64,000 bases of DNA, from NCBI GenBank assembly GCA_964187785.1, contig OZ076409.1, positions 99,016,001 to 99,080,000 of the forward strand, read 5' to 3'. This DNA is from Amphiscolops sp. MND2022. Lineage: Eukaryota. Below the pieces are notes generated by a model. That model was given only the letters and a program-made list of their open reading frames with translations, was not told the origin of the DNA and searched no databases. Within the stretch, counting starts at the first letter, position 1, and each line of letters starts with the position of its first letter. Positions 10,978 through 23,519 of the stretch are shown piece by piece. The position numbers were made by a program, and so were the translations under genes.

Positions 10978-13900
10978 TCAACATCCCTGGTTCTGATTGG
11001 ATGCGAAGAGACCTGTCAAGAAGGGACCCCCAGTCTCCGGGTCCCGAAGCATCTCAGCCCCGAATGCAGGGGAGGCACCCCTGGCCGCACTTGAACTGCC
11101 AGCACCACCTAAAAAGGAAAAGAAAGATCAAGATCAGTTAGGTGACGTGTATTCAGTTAAAGATACAAGAGAATACCGTATATTCCGGCTTATAAGCCCC
11201 CCCTCCCCAATTTTGAAAGCGAAATTGTTGATTTACGGTATGTTCGTCACATAGGCCCCTCCCTTAAATCAAGAAAAAAAAATAAAAGTTCAATAAGTGT
11301 AAATTGAATGAACTTTCTTGGTATAAATTCAATTTTCAATTCTCAGGGACTAAAATCGGAGTCATCATCTGCCATTCCCTCTGACTCTGAAACTTCATTG
11401 AAAAGAAAATCAACTGCAACGTCATCCAACTCATCATAAGGGTGAATGCCGAAATTTCGATTCTGAAGAAACGGTCTTCGTTTTATGTTCGTCGTATAAG
11501 CCCCCTCCCCAAACTTTTGACCACCAAAAGTTCAAAAAAGGGGGCTTATACGCCGGAATATACGGTACATACACGATTGTTTTCTACAATACAGGACAAG
11601 TTCTGCTTGTAATATAAATTACAGTAAACCCTCGATTATCCGCCACCATCGGTCCAGTGTGAATTATGGCGGATAAGTGAGAGTGGCGGTTAATCAAGGG
11701 AGCTTAGACACGGGTGTTATAGCAAAATGTCCCCGTAGATTTGTGGCGGTTGACCAAAGATGGCGGATAATCGAGTGGCGGATAATCGAAGGTTTACTGT
11801 ATAGGAAAGCGTGTAGACTTATAGAGCACGCATTAGAAATCGCTACACCTCGATCCAACCTAACGAGATGGAACTTGGAGTTAAGGTTAATCAAAACAAT
11901 CTTATCAAATAGTGATTCTATCAACAGCCCAGTTGCTAGTTGTGGGTGTGGTTCGCTCGAACTCGTGAAAAGTAGACTTTTGGCGAAATTCCACCGGGTT
12001 TAGATTTATTTTTAGTCGGCGCATATATTAAAAAAGAGCCCGACTATTACAGTCACTCGTTTTTTAGTCGGCGCTTTTCTTAAGAAAAGAGCCCGACTAT
12101 TACAGTCACTCGTTTTTTTTTTATTTAAGACAGACTTGAAGCGACGAACGTTAAAATTAACGTTCAACTACTAAATACAGTACTACTAAAATACTGGCAG
12201 CGCATTTGAGATAATGCAAAGGGTCCCCCTTTTCAGTAAGTCCATTTTTATCGTAAGATACACACAGAGGCGAAGCGGTGCTTCGCAACACATGACGAAG
12301 ACAACGATTATTTTAATATGCGTATATATATTTTATTTTAATCGCATGCGTATATATTCAACAGTTCAACTTTATTCAATAACGTCCTTATGGCACAGTG
12401 GTTAACACTTATGCCGCGCAATCGGGAGGCTGCAGGTTCGAATCTCTCTGGGGTTTTGGCTTTTCTCTAAAAGGCGCTTATTATGAAGTTGGCTACTGTG
12501 GAAAAAAAAACTTTCTTAGCTGGACTGCAATGCACATTGACTTCGTCATGTGCAAAAACAGGACGAGACTATAGGCCCCCCCCTTTGAGTTTTTTCGGCA
12601 CTATGCGACTTTTTTTTCGAAAATTTTTTTTGTCCCCAAAGGGTCCCCCCTTCGAGTTTTTTGATATTTTGCAGCCTAATTGTTGTGATAAACTTGTTGG
12701 ATAGTTTCAGAGAAGTTATTGATTGGATTGATTGTTCACCTTCCATTGGACTCAGCTCTGGACAATCGTCACACTCTGGTCTCTGGGACTGTTCTGGTGG
12801 TTTTTCGTGCCAATTCGGCCTCTATCAAAAATCGTTAGTTCGTTCCTTTTTTCTTCTCATTTAGCACGCTTTCATTACTAATTACATGGTTGTCATTATT
12901 GGCGCTAGTTCATTGTGCCGAACTCTTGATTCTATCCCTTACAAAACTAAAAAAATATTTGTTCGCAGCTGCGTTTCGGTACCAGGGCTTAGCTTTAACG
13001 ATAAAGCCATTAACCGTCATAAAATTCTTCAAAACCTTCTTACTCGAGGATCTCTTAGTAAAGTTAACAATATTATTATTTGGCACGACGTTATTAACAA
13101 TTCAATTTCGCCCCATAGAAGCAACAACTATCAGCCAAGTTCGATTGACCAGCTTATAGAAAATCTCTTGCTGTTCAAGGACAGAATTAAAGCAATAGTT
13201 TACTGTCGCCGTCTGGGCACTGGGAACATCAAAAGGCGGTTGTTCAGTTCACAGATCATCATCATCGACGCTGTTAGAAAATTAATTTCTCATAAGAAAA
13301 GCAAAGACAGCACGATCTTGTCCGACTTGCGACAGGTGCATCCGTCAGCAGCGCTAGAATTCAAGCTCCTATCTGTAGTCTGGAATCACCGTAATCACGT
13401 ACAGAGGTTCAAACCAGATAAAAAGATTAGGAAGAAACCGAATCAGAGGATAAGAAGGAAGCTCCGACAACTGAAAGTGTCTCAGTAGGTTAGTGATCTG
13501 TTTTTTTTCTTGGTCTTCGAAAACCTTAGTTGGTTGGGAGAACTTGAGATTTGGCAGTGATCTGACATAATGGGACCGAAAAACAGGAATCAGTCAGTCT
13601 CGGATGACTGTTGCCCTAAATGTAAAAGTATTGTTGAGGAAACTGAAAAGAATTCAATATGTTGCAACGGATGTGAGTCATGGTGGCATGGATCTTGTGG
13701 GGGCCTTGATGTAAAGGACCTTCCAATACTTTCAAAATATGCCTCTGTTCATTGGTATTGCTCCAAATGCGAAGACAAGCATCTACAGGGCCGTTCTTCT
13801 AACGTCTGGAAATCCTTGAATGCCATAAATCAACAACAAAAAAAGAGACTGAAATGCGAAAAACGGAGTTACAAATTATGGAATCCATGAAAAAGGACCT

Positions 13901-16900
13901 ATTAACTATCAAACTCAAGCTTGACAACCCAACATCAACTCAGCCTCTCGAGAACTATGCGGATAAAGTAAAAACTAATCGAAACGAAACTCAAACGGAA
14001 TGTACAACTGACATCAGAAGTGGAACAAGACAAAATCGTGATCCTCGCAACATATTGCTCATCAAGACAAATCAGAAATTCCGGGATAGTATCGAAATCA
14101 AAAGAGCGTTCGCTTCCATTTATCCAAACAAAAAATTACTATACGCTTTTATTACAGCACGTGGTAGTATACATCTAGAGTTTACAACACCAGAGGAGGC
14201 TGACTGTGTTTTGCAGGGTTGGAGGGCTGAATTTTTTGGCGGCGACTCGTCGGCTCGGAGAGCTAGTGACAGGAATGAACAACACAGCGCAATAATACGG
14301 GGAGTTCCATTAGAAGTGTCCGACTCGGACTTGACTTCAGCTCTTACGGATAATTTTCCAGGTGTCAGAATCAGACGCTTCGTCAAAAGCGATGGAAAAA
14401 CACTGCAAACTGTCAAGCTGACGTTTCCCTCAAAAGCACAGTTTGACAAGGCAACAACCGACGGGATTTTCATTGACCATTTGTACTATCAACCAGTCGA
14501 ATTCATACAGCAAGGAATACGAATAATCCGTTGCTACCGATGTCAGAAGTTCGGACACATCAGTTCCAATTGCCATTCGAAAGTCTCATGCAAACATTGT
14601 TCCGGCGAGCACTCTATCGACAACTGCAGCGGTAATCAGCCTGCCAGGTGTACCAATTGCAACGGAAGCCACGAAGCTGATTCTCTTGACTGCCCAACTT
14701 ATATTAAACAGGTGCAAAGAGTTCATGAGGCACGAGGTATACAAGCGCCGACTTTGAGAAACCCTGTGTCAAAAAATGATGGCTAACCCTGGTTTCACCT
14801 TCTTGCAGATAAATATATGCGGCCTGAGTGATCATAGTAAAATAGCATTGAATCAATACTTACAACAAACCAAAGCTGATATCGTTTTTCTTAATGAAAC
14901 CAAGACACAAATTAGCGCAAATCTATTCGACAATTACACAACAATCAGTTCTATGGGTGGAAATTCTGGGGGCGTCGCAGTTTTATTGAAACATCACATC
15001 CCTTACTCAAGACTTAATCAACTCGAAGACACCTCTGTTGATAATGTTGTTTTGACTGTTGGGCTGAGCGGAATTAAGTTAATTGTGTCTACTGCATATG
15101 TCAGACCCGATGACTTCGAAGGATTGAGAAGTGCAATAAAAGTTATACAGAGTTGCAAAACGTATGTTGACAAAAATTGCCTGAATGGAGCTCTTTTCTT
15201 TGGTGATCTCAATGCAAGACATACCTATTGGGGAGACAAATCGTGTAACTTGTTAGGTGAGGAACTAGTTCAAATAGCTGACCACTTCAGCATTCTCAAT
15301 GATGGTGAGCCTACGTTTCTGGCAGCAAATGGCTATAGTGTTATCGATCTCTGCATTTGTTATGGGCTTCTGTTTGATAGATGTATACACTCTCTCTCTA
15401 CGGATGAATTTGCTGAGCTGTTCACCGGTGCTCCACAGAGGGGTCATGTCCCTGTTATTATGAGATTGGAGTGTAGTAGCACCACTGAAAAAACCAAGAA
15501 ATTATGGATTGAAAAAGCTGATTGGGTGGGTTGGACTTCTTTCGTTGAGGGCCGAATAGATGATCTCATGCTTGTTGGGGACGACCCTGTTTTTCTTTGG
15601 AACGAGTTCAAGAATCTGCTGCACGAAGCTTCCCTTAGTCATATACCCCTCAAATGTGTTTCAGATCATAGTAAACCGTTTTGGAACTCTGACTTGACAG
15701 ACGCAAGCAATGAACTCCGATTTTTACGCAAAAAGTTCAAATACAAATCAAATTTTGAAAATGGACAAAAGCTAAAGGCAGCGAAGGAACGTTTCAAAAT
15801 TCTACTCAACAAAAGTGCAACTGAATGGATGGAAAACTACCTGTCATCGCTTGGGCATAAAAGAGCAAGAGAATTTTGGACTTCTTACAAAGCCTTACTC
15901 AACACTAAACATGAAGAAGTGGGTCTAATACGCAGTAAGGAAGGGAGACTCTTATATGCTCCAGAGGAAATTAGCAAAGAATTTGAAACCACTTTCTTCG
16001 GAGGAGAACATCTGAAACAGCAAATTTTCAACGATGCAACACAACTACAAGTAGAAGCCAAAATAAATCAACCACATGATGGTCCTGAACATGATATTGA
16101 ATTATTTCATGATGAAATTACTTTCGATGAATTGAAGAATGCAATTTTGAAATCAAGTAACACTAAATCTTTCGATATTGATGGTCTTCATTTGACAATG
16201 ATAAAGAATTTGGGATCTAAAGCACTCCTTTTTCTGCTGAATATTTTCAATGCTTGCTGGGAATATCATGTGTGGCCATGGACGGACTCACGAGTCGTAT
16301 TCATACGCAAGCCAAACAAAGAGAGATATGATGAATGCTCTTCATATCGACCACTCTCAATCTCCAGTCATATCGGCAAAACGTTGGAAAGAATACTTGC
16401 AACCAGAATCAAATCGTATCTCGATGTGAATGGACTGCTTGGTGACGAACAGGAGGGTTTCAGATCGAAAAGAAACACCACTCGATCGCTCTACAGACTA
16501 CATCTCATGCTGGAAAATGCCAAACGTTCACGTTTACCGACGGCTCTGCTTAACATTGACCTCGAAAAGGCTTTCGATAGCGTGTGGGTGGACGGCCTTC
16601 TCTTTAAACTGTTGGAACACAATATTTCTGGCAAAATGTATCAGATAATAGAATCGTTCTTAAAAACCAGAGTCGCTTCAATTGAACTGAACGGATACAA
16701 ATCGCCGAAGTTCCAGATTGACATTGGCGTTCCACAGGGAAGTGTGTTGTCACCATTACTCTTCATCATCTTCCTAAACGACTTCCTCAGTAATCAAACT
16801 CAAACTCAAAAATTCAAGTTTGCAGACGATAGTTCTCTCATTGCGACTGGCAAGGATTCGTCAGAATTATCGGCCATCCTTCGAAAAACTTGTTCTGACA

Positions 16901-19900
16901 TCGAGAAGTTGTGTGCAGATTGGAGGATGTTAGTGAACGGAGGAAAAACAGAATTAATCCTTTTCAATTGCGAAGAGAATGACTTCGAACTCCCGTGCCT
17001 CAATGGTGATATATGTCAAGTTAAAAAAACAACAAAGTCTCTCGGAGTAATTATCGATAGCAAGCTCAACTACCGGGATCATTCTACTAAAACTATCGAG
17101 AGAGCAAAGCGAAATTGGAATATAATCAAGTCGTTATGCAATAGAAAATGGAGTCTTGCAGTCCCAACGCTAGTTCTGTTGTACAAAACCACAATCTTAC
17201 CCTTTTTTATGCAGCACCAATTTGGCTTGAGAAAAACCTCAAATACGTCACAGCAGTACAGAACAATTTCATAAGGACAGTTTTTAGACACGGATTTTCG
17301 CCGAATATTGACTCATGTCAAGTTCTGCTTGGAACGCCGCCTCTTGATCTTCTGAGTACAGCCATCAACGTCAAATTTCTCCTGAAGCTCAAACTAGAAG
17401 ACGATTTACTACATTGGACCCATGATGCATCTTCTTCTTTTCCGGACAGTGTTGCTAACCTCCTCGAGAGTCATGTTACCAGATTCGGAAAGTTTTTGAG
17501 AATTCATAATTGTACGAGATACAAACAGCAAGATATCAACCTTTTCATTAACCATCTTTGGAACCTCAGGTGGAAAAATAATGACAACAGGTCATTTCTG
17601 AAATGTTACACCAGAACCCCACCAACTTGTAACACTATATCGCCCCTTTTCAACCTTCTAAGGTATGAAGCCATCAAAATTTGTGAAATGCTGATCGGCA
17701 ATTCTTTCTCTTTAGCCGATTACGCTTGGAAAAATTGGCAGACGGAATCTCCGATGTGTCATTGTGGCAAAAGTGAAGAGACTACAGAACATTTCTTTCT
17801 GGCATGTGGACTATACCAAGACATCAGACCTGAAGACATTGACTCACTGAATCTCCTTGACCCTGAAGATTGCAATACCATTGCCAACTACATCTCGCAT
17901 TCAACGAAGTTAAAAGGAATCGTATAACTCTCATCATTAAATCCTAACTTAACTTTATCCAACTCTCAATGCTTTCTTTGTACTATTTATATACGATGAA
18001 CACCCTCCCGCAAATTGGGGATATTAGAAAATATATATATATTGCAACGGAATGTATGTTAATAAATCCAGAAGGATCCCCTTTTTTACATTTTTCGGCA
18101 CTATGCGACTTTTTTTGAAAGAAAAAAATTTTTCAAAAATTTCAATTTTTTTCCAAAATTTTTTTGCGCTTTTTGAGCCTTAGATATGGCGCCGACTTTA
18201 GACGTTCCCGTCTTGTTTTATTTAGGACAGACTCGAAGCGACGAACGTTAACGTTCAGTATCTTCAACTAAAGGAAACTAAACGAATACCCCGGAAACGC
18301 ATCTAAGTTATTCCAAATGGTCCCAGCCTTTGGTTTTTTTTATTCATGAAAACGTCCTATGCATATTTCAAATCTGCGCCTTTTCAGCCTTAGATATAGC
18401 GCTTTATTAAGTTCCCGTCTTGGTCTTTATTAAGAACATTTTAGGTAAATAAACTTTATAAAGATGGAAAATACCCTTTACGGTACTCTAGTATCTCCGA
18501 ATACCTACCGTAACATGCACGAATTTTTGAATGTTAACTTGAAATACCGAGTACGTACAGGAAACTTGTATGCACGTCAAATCACTGATCAAGATTCCAA
18601 GGTTTCCGAAGTTATCGCTAAAAACTTGATAAGGCAATGAACAGAGACAAACTTCATGGAATGAATGCTTTAATATGAATCTTATACGAACGAGCTGACA
18701 TCGTTTCTTTAATATGTACCTTCTGCACGAAACAAGCCATCTTTTGCATCAATTTGAGGAGGAAAAAAGTGAACGAAAATGATAGCATAATTGCAGAACT
18801 GTTTGAATGATTTTTATTTTATTACGTTAGTTTCTTGGTACCACTTTTACGACAAATTATTTTTATGGCTGTAACTGAGTTCGATTTATAATATTTTCTA
18901 CAATTGTCATCGCCGCTTATTAGTTGCCGCTCATTATTTTTTCAATAATTACAAGTCGCGTGTTTTCCTCATTCAACAAACTTTCGATTATTTCAAAATT
19001 CACTGACTTTCTGAATGACTTTTGCTTGTTCATGTATCGAAGAAAACGAACAGACTTTTTGGAGTGAAAGCATGTAAAACAAGCCGGGAACGACCCAAGT
19101 CGGCGTTATATCTAAAGCTCAAAAATAGCAAAAAGACTCCAGAGTGTTAAGTATTTTCTACATTACCTGAAATACTCAAAAGTTGGACCGAATTGGCACC
19201 CTAAAAGGGAGGACCCTTTCGGATTTTCAAAAACCCTTCCTGTAGCAAAATATCAAAAAATGAAGGGGGCCCTTTAGAGACATTGAAAAATTTTCGAAAA
19301 AAATTGAGAATTTTCAATAATTTCATAGTGCCGCCGAAAAATCGGATTTTCCACCATCCATTCTGTCACAAAAAATCAGAAAAAATGAAAGGGGACTTCC
19401 GAAATATATATAAAAAAGAACGAAAAAGAACGAAAAAATCAGAAAAAATGAAAGGGGACTTCCGAAATATATATAAAAAAGAAGAATCTATAAAAAAGAA
19501 CGACTTTCATAGTTGAGTTCCATGGGCCAAATGGTCCAATTTGGCACCATAAAATTTTGTAGAACTTTGTTGAACTATTTTGGCCAGTTCGTGTGGATTG
19601 AAAAAAGTAACTATAATAGTCGCATCGCGTTTCACTTCATGAAGCGCCGACTAAAAACTAACCGAACACGGATCGCGCTGTGTTCTGAGGAGACAGAGAC
19701 GTATGGGGTGGTCTAGGGTGGGGGGAGTGTGTTTGGGGGGAGGTGCGGTTGGGGTGGGGGTGATACAAGGGAGAACTTCTCCTCTCGTCTTCTTGGCGAC
19801 CCGGTCGTTGCGCCTGAGAGGAAACTGCCGCTGCGTCAGAAGAGTCCTCCCCCGTACTGTCGTCGTCATCTGGGTGATGTTGTGGGTTGCCGAACCGCTT

Positions 19901-19921
19901 GTAGCTGTACGTCAGATCCAT
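10978..19921 (-). CDS. Last two predicted exons of a host gene (19921..19663 and 11108..10978); low-complexity product of unknown function
   Basis: GC-rich islands with AG acceptors and a GTTAGT donor. Phase-1 junction gives ...TARSVF|GGAGSSSAARG...NQNQGC*. Confidence 0.55.
11176..11565. mobile_element. Tc1/pogo-like MITE
   Basis: TIR CCGTATATTCCGGC(T/G)TATAAGCCCC; flanking TA on both sides. Confidence 0.85.
11622..11799. mobile_element. Tc1/pogo-like MITE
   Basis: 25-bp TIR CAGTAAACC(C/T)TCGATTATCCGCCAC; TA TSD. Confidence 0.85.
12263..12553 (-). mobile_element. ~290-bp Helentron-type element carrying a tRNA-like segment (copy 1)
   Basis: Hairpin GCGAAGC-GGT-GCTTCGC; IRs CACATGACGAAG (12289) / CTTCGTCATGTG (12541); internal TGGCACAGTGG and GGTTCGAATC boxes; near-identical copy at 41435-41720. 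Confidence 0.7.
12886..13488 (+). CDS. LINE 5' ORF, SGNH/GDSL esterase-like protein
   Basis: Motifs spaced like SGNH blocks: VVIIGASS (I), SVPG (II), IIIWHDVINN (III), QVHPS (V); basic C-terminal tail. Confidence 0.6.
   Translation: MVVIIGASSLCRTLDSIPYKTKKIFVRSCVSVPGLSFNDKAINRHKILQNLLTRGSLSKVNNIIIWHDVINNSISPHRSNNYQPSSIDQLIENLLLFKDRIKAIVYCRRLGTGNIKRRLFSSQIIIIDAVRKLISHKKSKDSTILSDLRQVHPSAALEFKLLSVVWNHRNHVQRFKPDKKIRKKPNQRIRRKLRQLKVSQ
13570..14786 (+). CDS. LINE ORF1: PHD finger, RRM-like region and CCHC zinc knuckles; frameshift in the A-run near 13845
   Basis: C4HC3 PHD (CPKC..ICCNGCESWWHGSC..WYCSKC); knuckles CYRCQKFGHISSNC, CKHCSGEH, CTNCNGSH. Confidence 0.85.
14776..17927 (+). CDS. LINE ORF2: APE endonuclease, reverse transcriptase and C-terminal CCHC; frameshift in the T-run near 17205
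   Basis: NET, GDLNA, LNDGEPTF, IDL; YRPLS, DLEKAFD, PQGSVLSP, FADD; C-terminal CHCGKSEETTEHFFLAC. Confidence 0.92.
19077..19657 (-). mobile_element. Copy of the dominant HINE/DINE-like family
   Basis: AAGTCGGCG ... GCGCCGACT sub-terminal IRs; family-typical GGGACCC/GTGCCG subrepeats. Confidence 0.7.
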
Positions 19922-22900
19922 CTATCAATCTACTACATACACGAGGGTACCAAAAAGCTAAAGACATTGATTTCAAATCCAAATCACAAAACAAATGTGA
20001 ATAGTCAATAGACACGAAAGTCATTGGAGCGAAACCTCATCAAATTACTATCAGAATTACAAGAGTGTTTTTGTTTTGAACTCACACCAAAATTACCAAA
20101 TTCAGTTATGTAGTTAACGATGGTCTTCGCTTATTTTTGACTTTTGGCATTTTGCGAAATGTATCATGCAATATCTCGAGAATCGCTGGTTTCAACAAAA
20201 AGTAATTGCGACCAACTTAGTACCTCTGATGCAGATCTCTAAATTTTGAATTTAACTCTTTCTGAAAGTAAACTCATCAAGTGTTTAGACTGCAAAATGA
20301 TTAAAAAATGCAAAATCTTCGTAAAAAAATTGTTTCGATTTTATTGCCAGTGTTTTTGGTTGTTCATTTTTTAACAAAACATTTTCAGAATAATTGGTAA
20401 ATATGAAAGTTAAAGAACAGTGTCACGGCAACAAAAACGATTGAAGCTTTTTCTTCGGACCAGTAGCTTCTGAGATACTGCTTAATAAAATGCAAAATAC
20501 CAAAAATCCTCAAAATAATGATATCTTTTTAAATTTCGATTCGATTTCAAAACAAAATTTTGCTGGTCAAATTTTGAGCGAATTATGCTCCTGAGACTTT
20601 TTTGTGAAATGAATTTATATCAAAAATATTGCGCTTTGAAAACTTTCAGTTTTCCAAATCGACTATTTTTATCCTTTTGGTACCCTGGTGTATCTCCAAG
20701 CATGCATTAAGTGCAGACACCCAGCTAAAGGATTGTCTTCTTATCTTCGGAATTGGATGGGGCTACAGGTAAAACATTGCACAAACCATAAAACTAAACC
20801 TGAAATTAGTCAAATGTTGGGCCTAGCGGATACAAAAGTGAGAAGGTAACGGCAAAAATGTTTTTACACACGACCCCACTCATTCCTTCCCCCATACTTT
20901 TTCGAAAACAAAAATCAACATAAGGGATTTTATTCACCAATATCTTTCAAAATTTCATCGAACAAGGGTTTTCCTTTGTTCTGCCGCCTTGTTTTGAATA
21001 ACAGAATGACCTTGAAAGAATTTTATCATTCACGTGAACGTACAATTTTGCAAAATTCATTTCATTTTCAACCGGAAGTGATTTGAACAAAATCAGACAT
21101 GCAATTTCATTAACTTGTCTGAACAGCTTTGATTGGAATAAGCGGCGCGTTCTGATTTTGCGTTGCATGAATAACTCCAAACGAAAAAAAGTGTTCTGAT
21201 ATGATTTAGAACTTTTATGTTCAGCCCAAAAAGTGGGGGAAAAGGAATAAGTTCTTATAATTCTTGGAATCAGCGCCAAATAGGGCTTTTATATTTCTAA
21301 CTCGAAAAGCAACAGCCATTGCTGCTCAGGGTTGGTCATTTGTTTGTTTGTTCTTAAGCTGACATGCCAACTGGATAACGAAAAGGCAGCCAAAGTCTGC
21401 CTTTTGTATCGCCAATTAAACAAAGAAATATATATATTTTAAAATTTACATTTAATGTAATTAAATTTGAACGAATTGAACATAAACGAATTTTTGAACA
21501 TAAACGATATATCACATTCAAATCTGCATAAATTATCTTATTCAAATCTCAAAATGTTGAAAAAAAATGTTTTAAAACAGACCAACCATGTTGTTGCTTG
21601 AACAAAATAACGGTCAGATGTCGTGTGAAACCAATAACATTCATGCAAAGATCAACCATTAAAGGTTAAGCATGACTTCGTTTCATCATTAATAGAAAAC
21701 TGGTTAAACAGAAGTTTAAATACAATCAATTTGTCCCAAAAGTTACTCGATAATAATTCAGCTATCTCTTAAGACTCGAAAAAGCGGACATAGTAAAGTG
21801 TTGAAAAACGTTTGAAAGTCCTTCATTTGGATAGAGACACAGCGGGGATGGAAATTTGAAAATAGGAAAATTGCTTGTCTTAATCCGAACCCGCTTCCAA
21901 GAAATCGCATCTCTGACCACTAGGGTATCTTGACTTGAAACATTGAAAAGATAGCATGTACCTGGAATCGAACCCGGGACCTCCTGTATGGAAAGCTAAC
22001 TTTTTCAGTCACTTCGACGAAGTGCCACTATATTTGTCGGCAAACTGATGTTTTTGGAAGTCGTTAACTTTTGTTTGTTAACATCGACAGTGATTTCGTC
22101 CTCAAAGAAGTACAGCGATTTTTTTCGCAATCAATAAAACCGTGCAAAACACAAAAAACATGGGAAAACGAAAAATTGTCTTTCTTATTGACAATCTATT
22201 GGACAAACAGGTGCGCGTTGTTATTTGTGTCCATATAGTTTTTTCTCAGCCACAGGCAAAAAGAATCAGGAAAAAGAGAAAAGCTGCAAAAAAGGTTTTT
22301 AAATAACTGAGCAACTGTTTGCAAAGTTACTGTCCCACTCTAGTAACACAGACCACCATTGAAAACGTATATAGAAGTTATTTGGAAAGCCCATTGCTGC
22401 TGGGCTGGCGCTCTCATCCCAACAAGTAGCGCCAACTTCCAGCCTAATTAGTGTGCATTCAAAATTTTAGTGAAGGGCTTTCTGGAACAGAAATCAGATT
22501 TGAGATGCGGCTATTATCGGTTGAGAAATGAAGCTTCGAAAACAATTTGCCGGGTTTTTACCATTTTTTTAAACTTCTCTGTGTACTGTGCGATGTGGGC
22601 ATTGATTACTTTGAATTTCATATTCGGCAACTTCCATACCAGTTTTGAAGAACTAGTTACAATGAATCCATTAAAAGAAGCCACAGAAACATGGTTACAG
22701 ATCCATTCAAAAAAATTAAAACTATTCAAGATATTACGGGTGAAAAATAAGGTCGTGAGATAGTGTTCAAAAAATTCGAAACACTGAAACGAAACTAAAT
22801 CCTAGCTATTAAAGCCCAAAGTTGGCAATTTTGAGAAGATAAGCTAAGTCAGATAACTCATGGGCTTTAAGTGCTGGATCGAAGCAACGTGACACTACGG

Positions 22901-22965
22901 TATACCTGCTGTTTCTGAGGAATGCCGAGTTTTACGAAATTTTTCAAAATTTTAATACTTCGGAC

Positions 22966-23344
22966 TGTCATGACACAGTCATGGACAATCGTACATTAAC
23001 AACAAAATTTCGTTGAAGTGCAGATGATAACCAATCACAATGCCAGCCAATCACAATTGAACACGCTGGACTAAAGAAGAAGGTGGACGAGCGGATCAGA
23101 AGAACGGAGAGACCGAGAACTTGTTGTACTAACTAAATTGTACTAAATTAATCTCATCATAATCTAACTTTCTTTATCGCTACAATAAAACAAATCTTTC
23201 TACCCAAAATTGTATTCTTTCTAAAGTTAGAGAATTGAGCAAAGGAGAAGTTACCCAATTGAGCATTCGAATAAAACAAGTTCTACAAAACTGAAATGTC
23301 TCTTAAACAAAATCAGAATAGCCGCTCGACCACAGTCACTGACA
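22966..23344 (+). repeat. 5' LTR (379 bp)
   Basis: TGTCA...TGACA; differs from the 3' LTR by one 3-bp indel and about two substitutions. Confidence 0.97.
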
Positions 23345-23356
23345 TGGTGACAGGAG
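23345..23356 (+). promoter_or_regulatory. Primer-binding site TGGTGACAGGAG (resembles a tRNA-Leu-type PBS)
   Basis: Begins with TGG immediately after the 5' LTR; tRNA identity is inferred. Confidence 0.8.
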
Positions 23357-23519
23357 TTATTCTCCGCAAATTTGCTCGCTAGAACTTTCTTTCTTCCATC
23401 CACCACCAGCTCAAAATCTCTTCTCTCGGAAACAGCAAGTACTGTAACAAAACTCACTTGAAATACTGAATCTTAACAATAAAATTTTCTTCTGAAAATC
23501 TACTTTCAAATTCACAAAT

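Larger units (their letters stand above)
12674..18041 (+). mobile_element. Near full-length non-LTR retrotransposon with three ORFs, inserted into a HINE-like repeat
   Basis: Probable TSD TTGCA (12669-12673 / 18042-18046); (AT)n 3' tail; the host repeat sequence continues on both sides. Confidence 0.9.

Noticed and set aside
10997..11254. Plus-strand 85-aa ORF (and plus-strand ORFs at 19703/19729)
   Set aside because: Splice signals and phase agreement support minus-strand exons instead.
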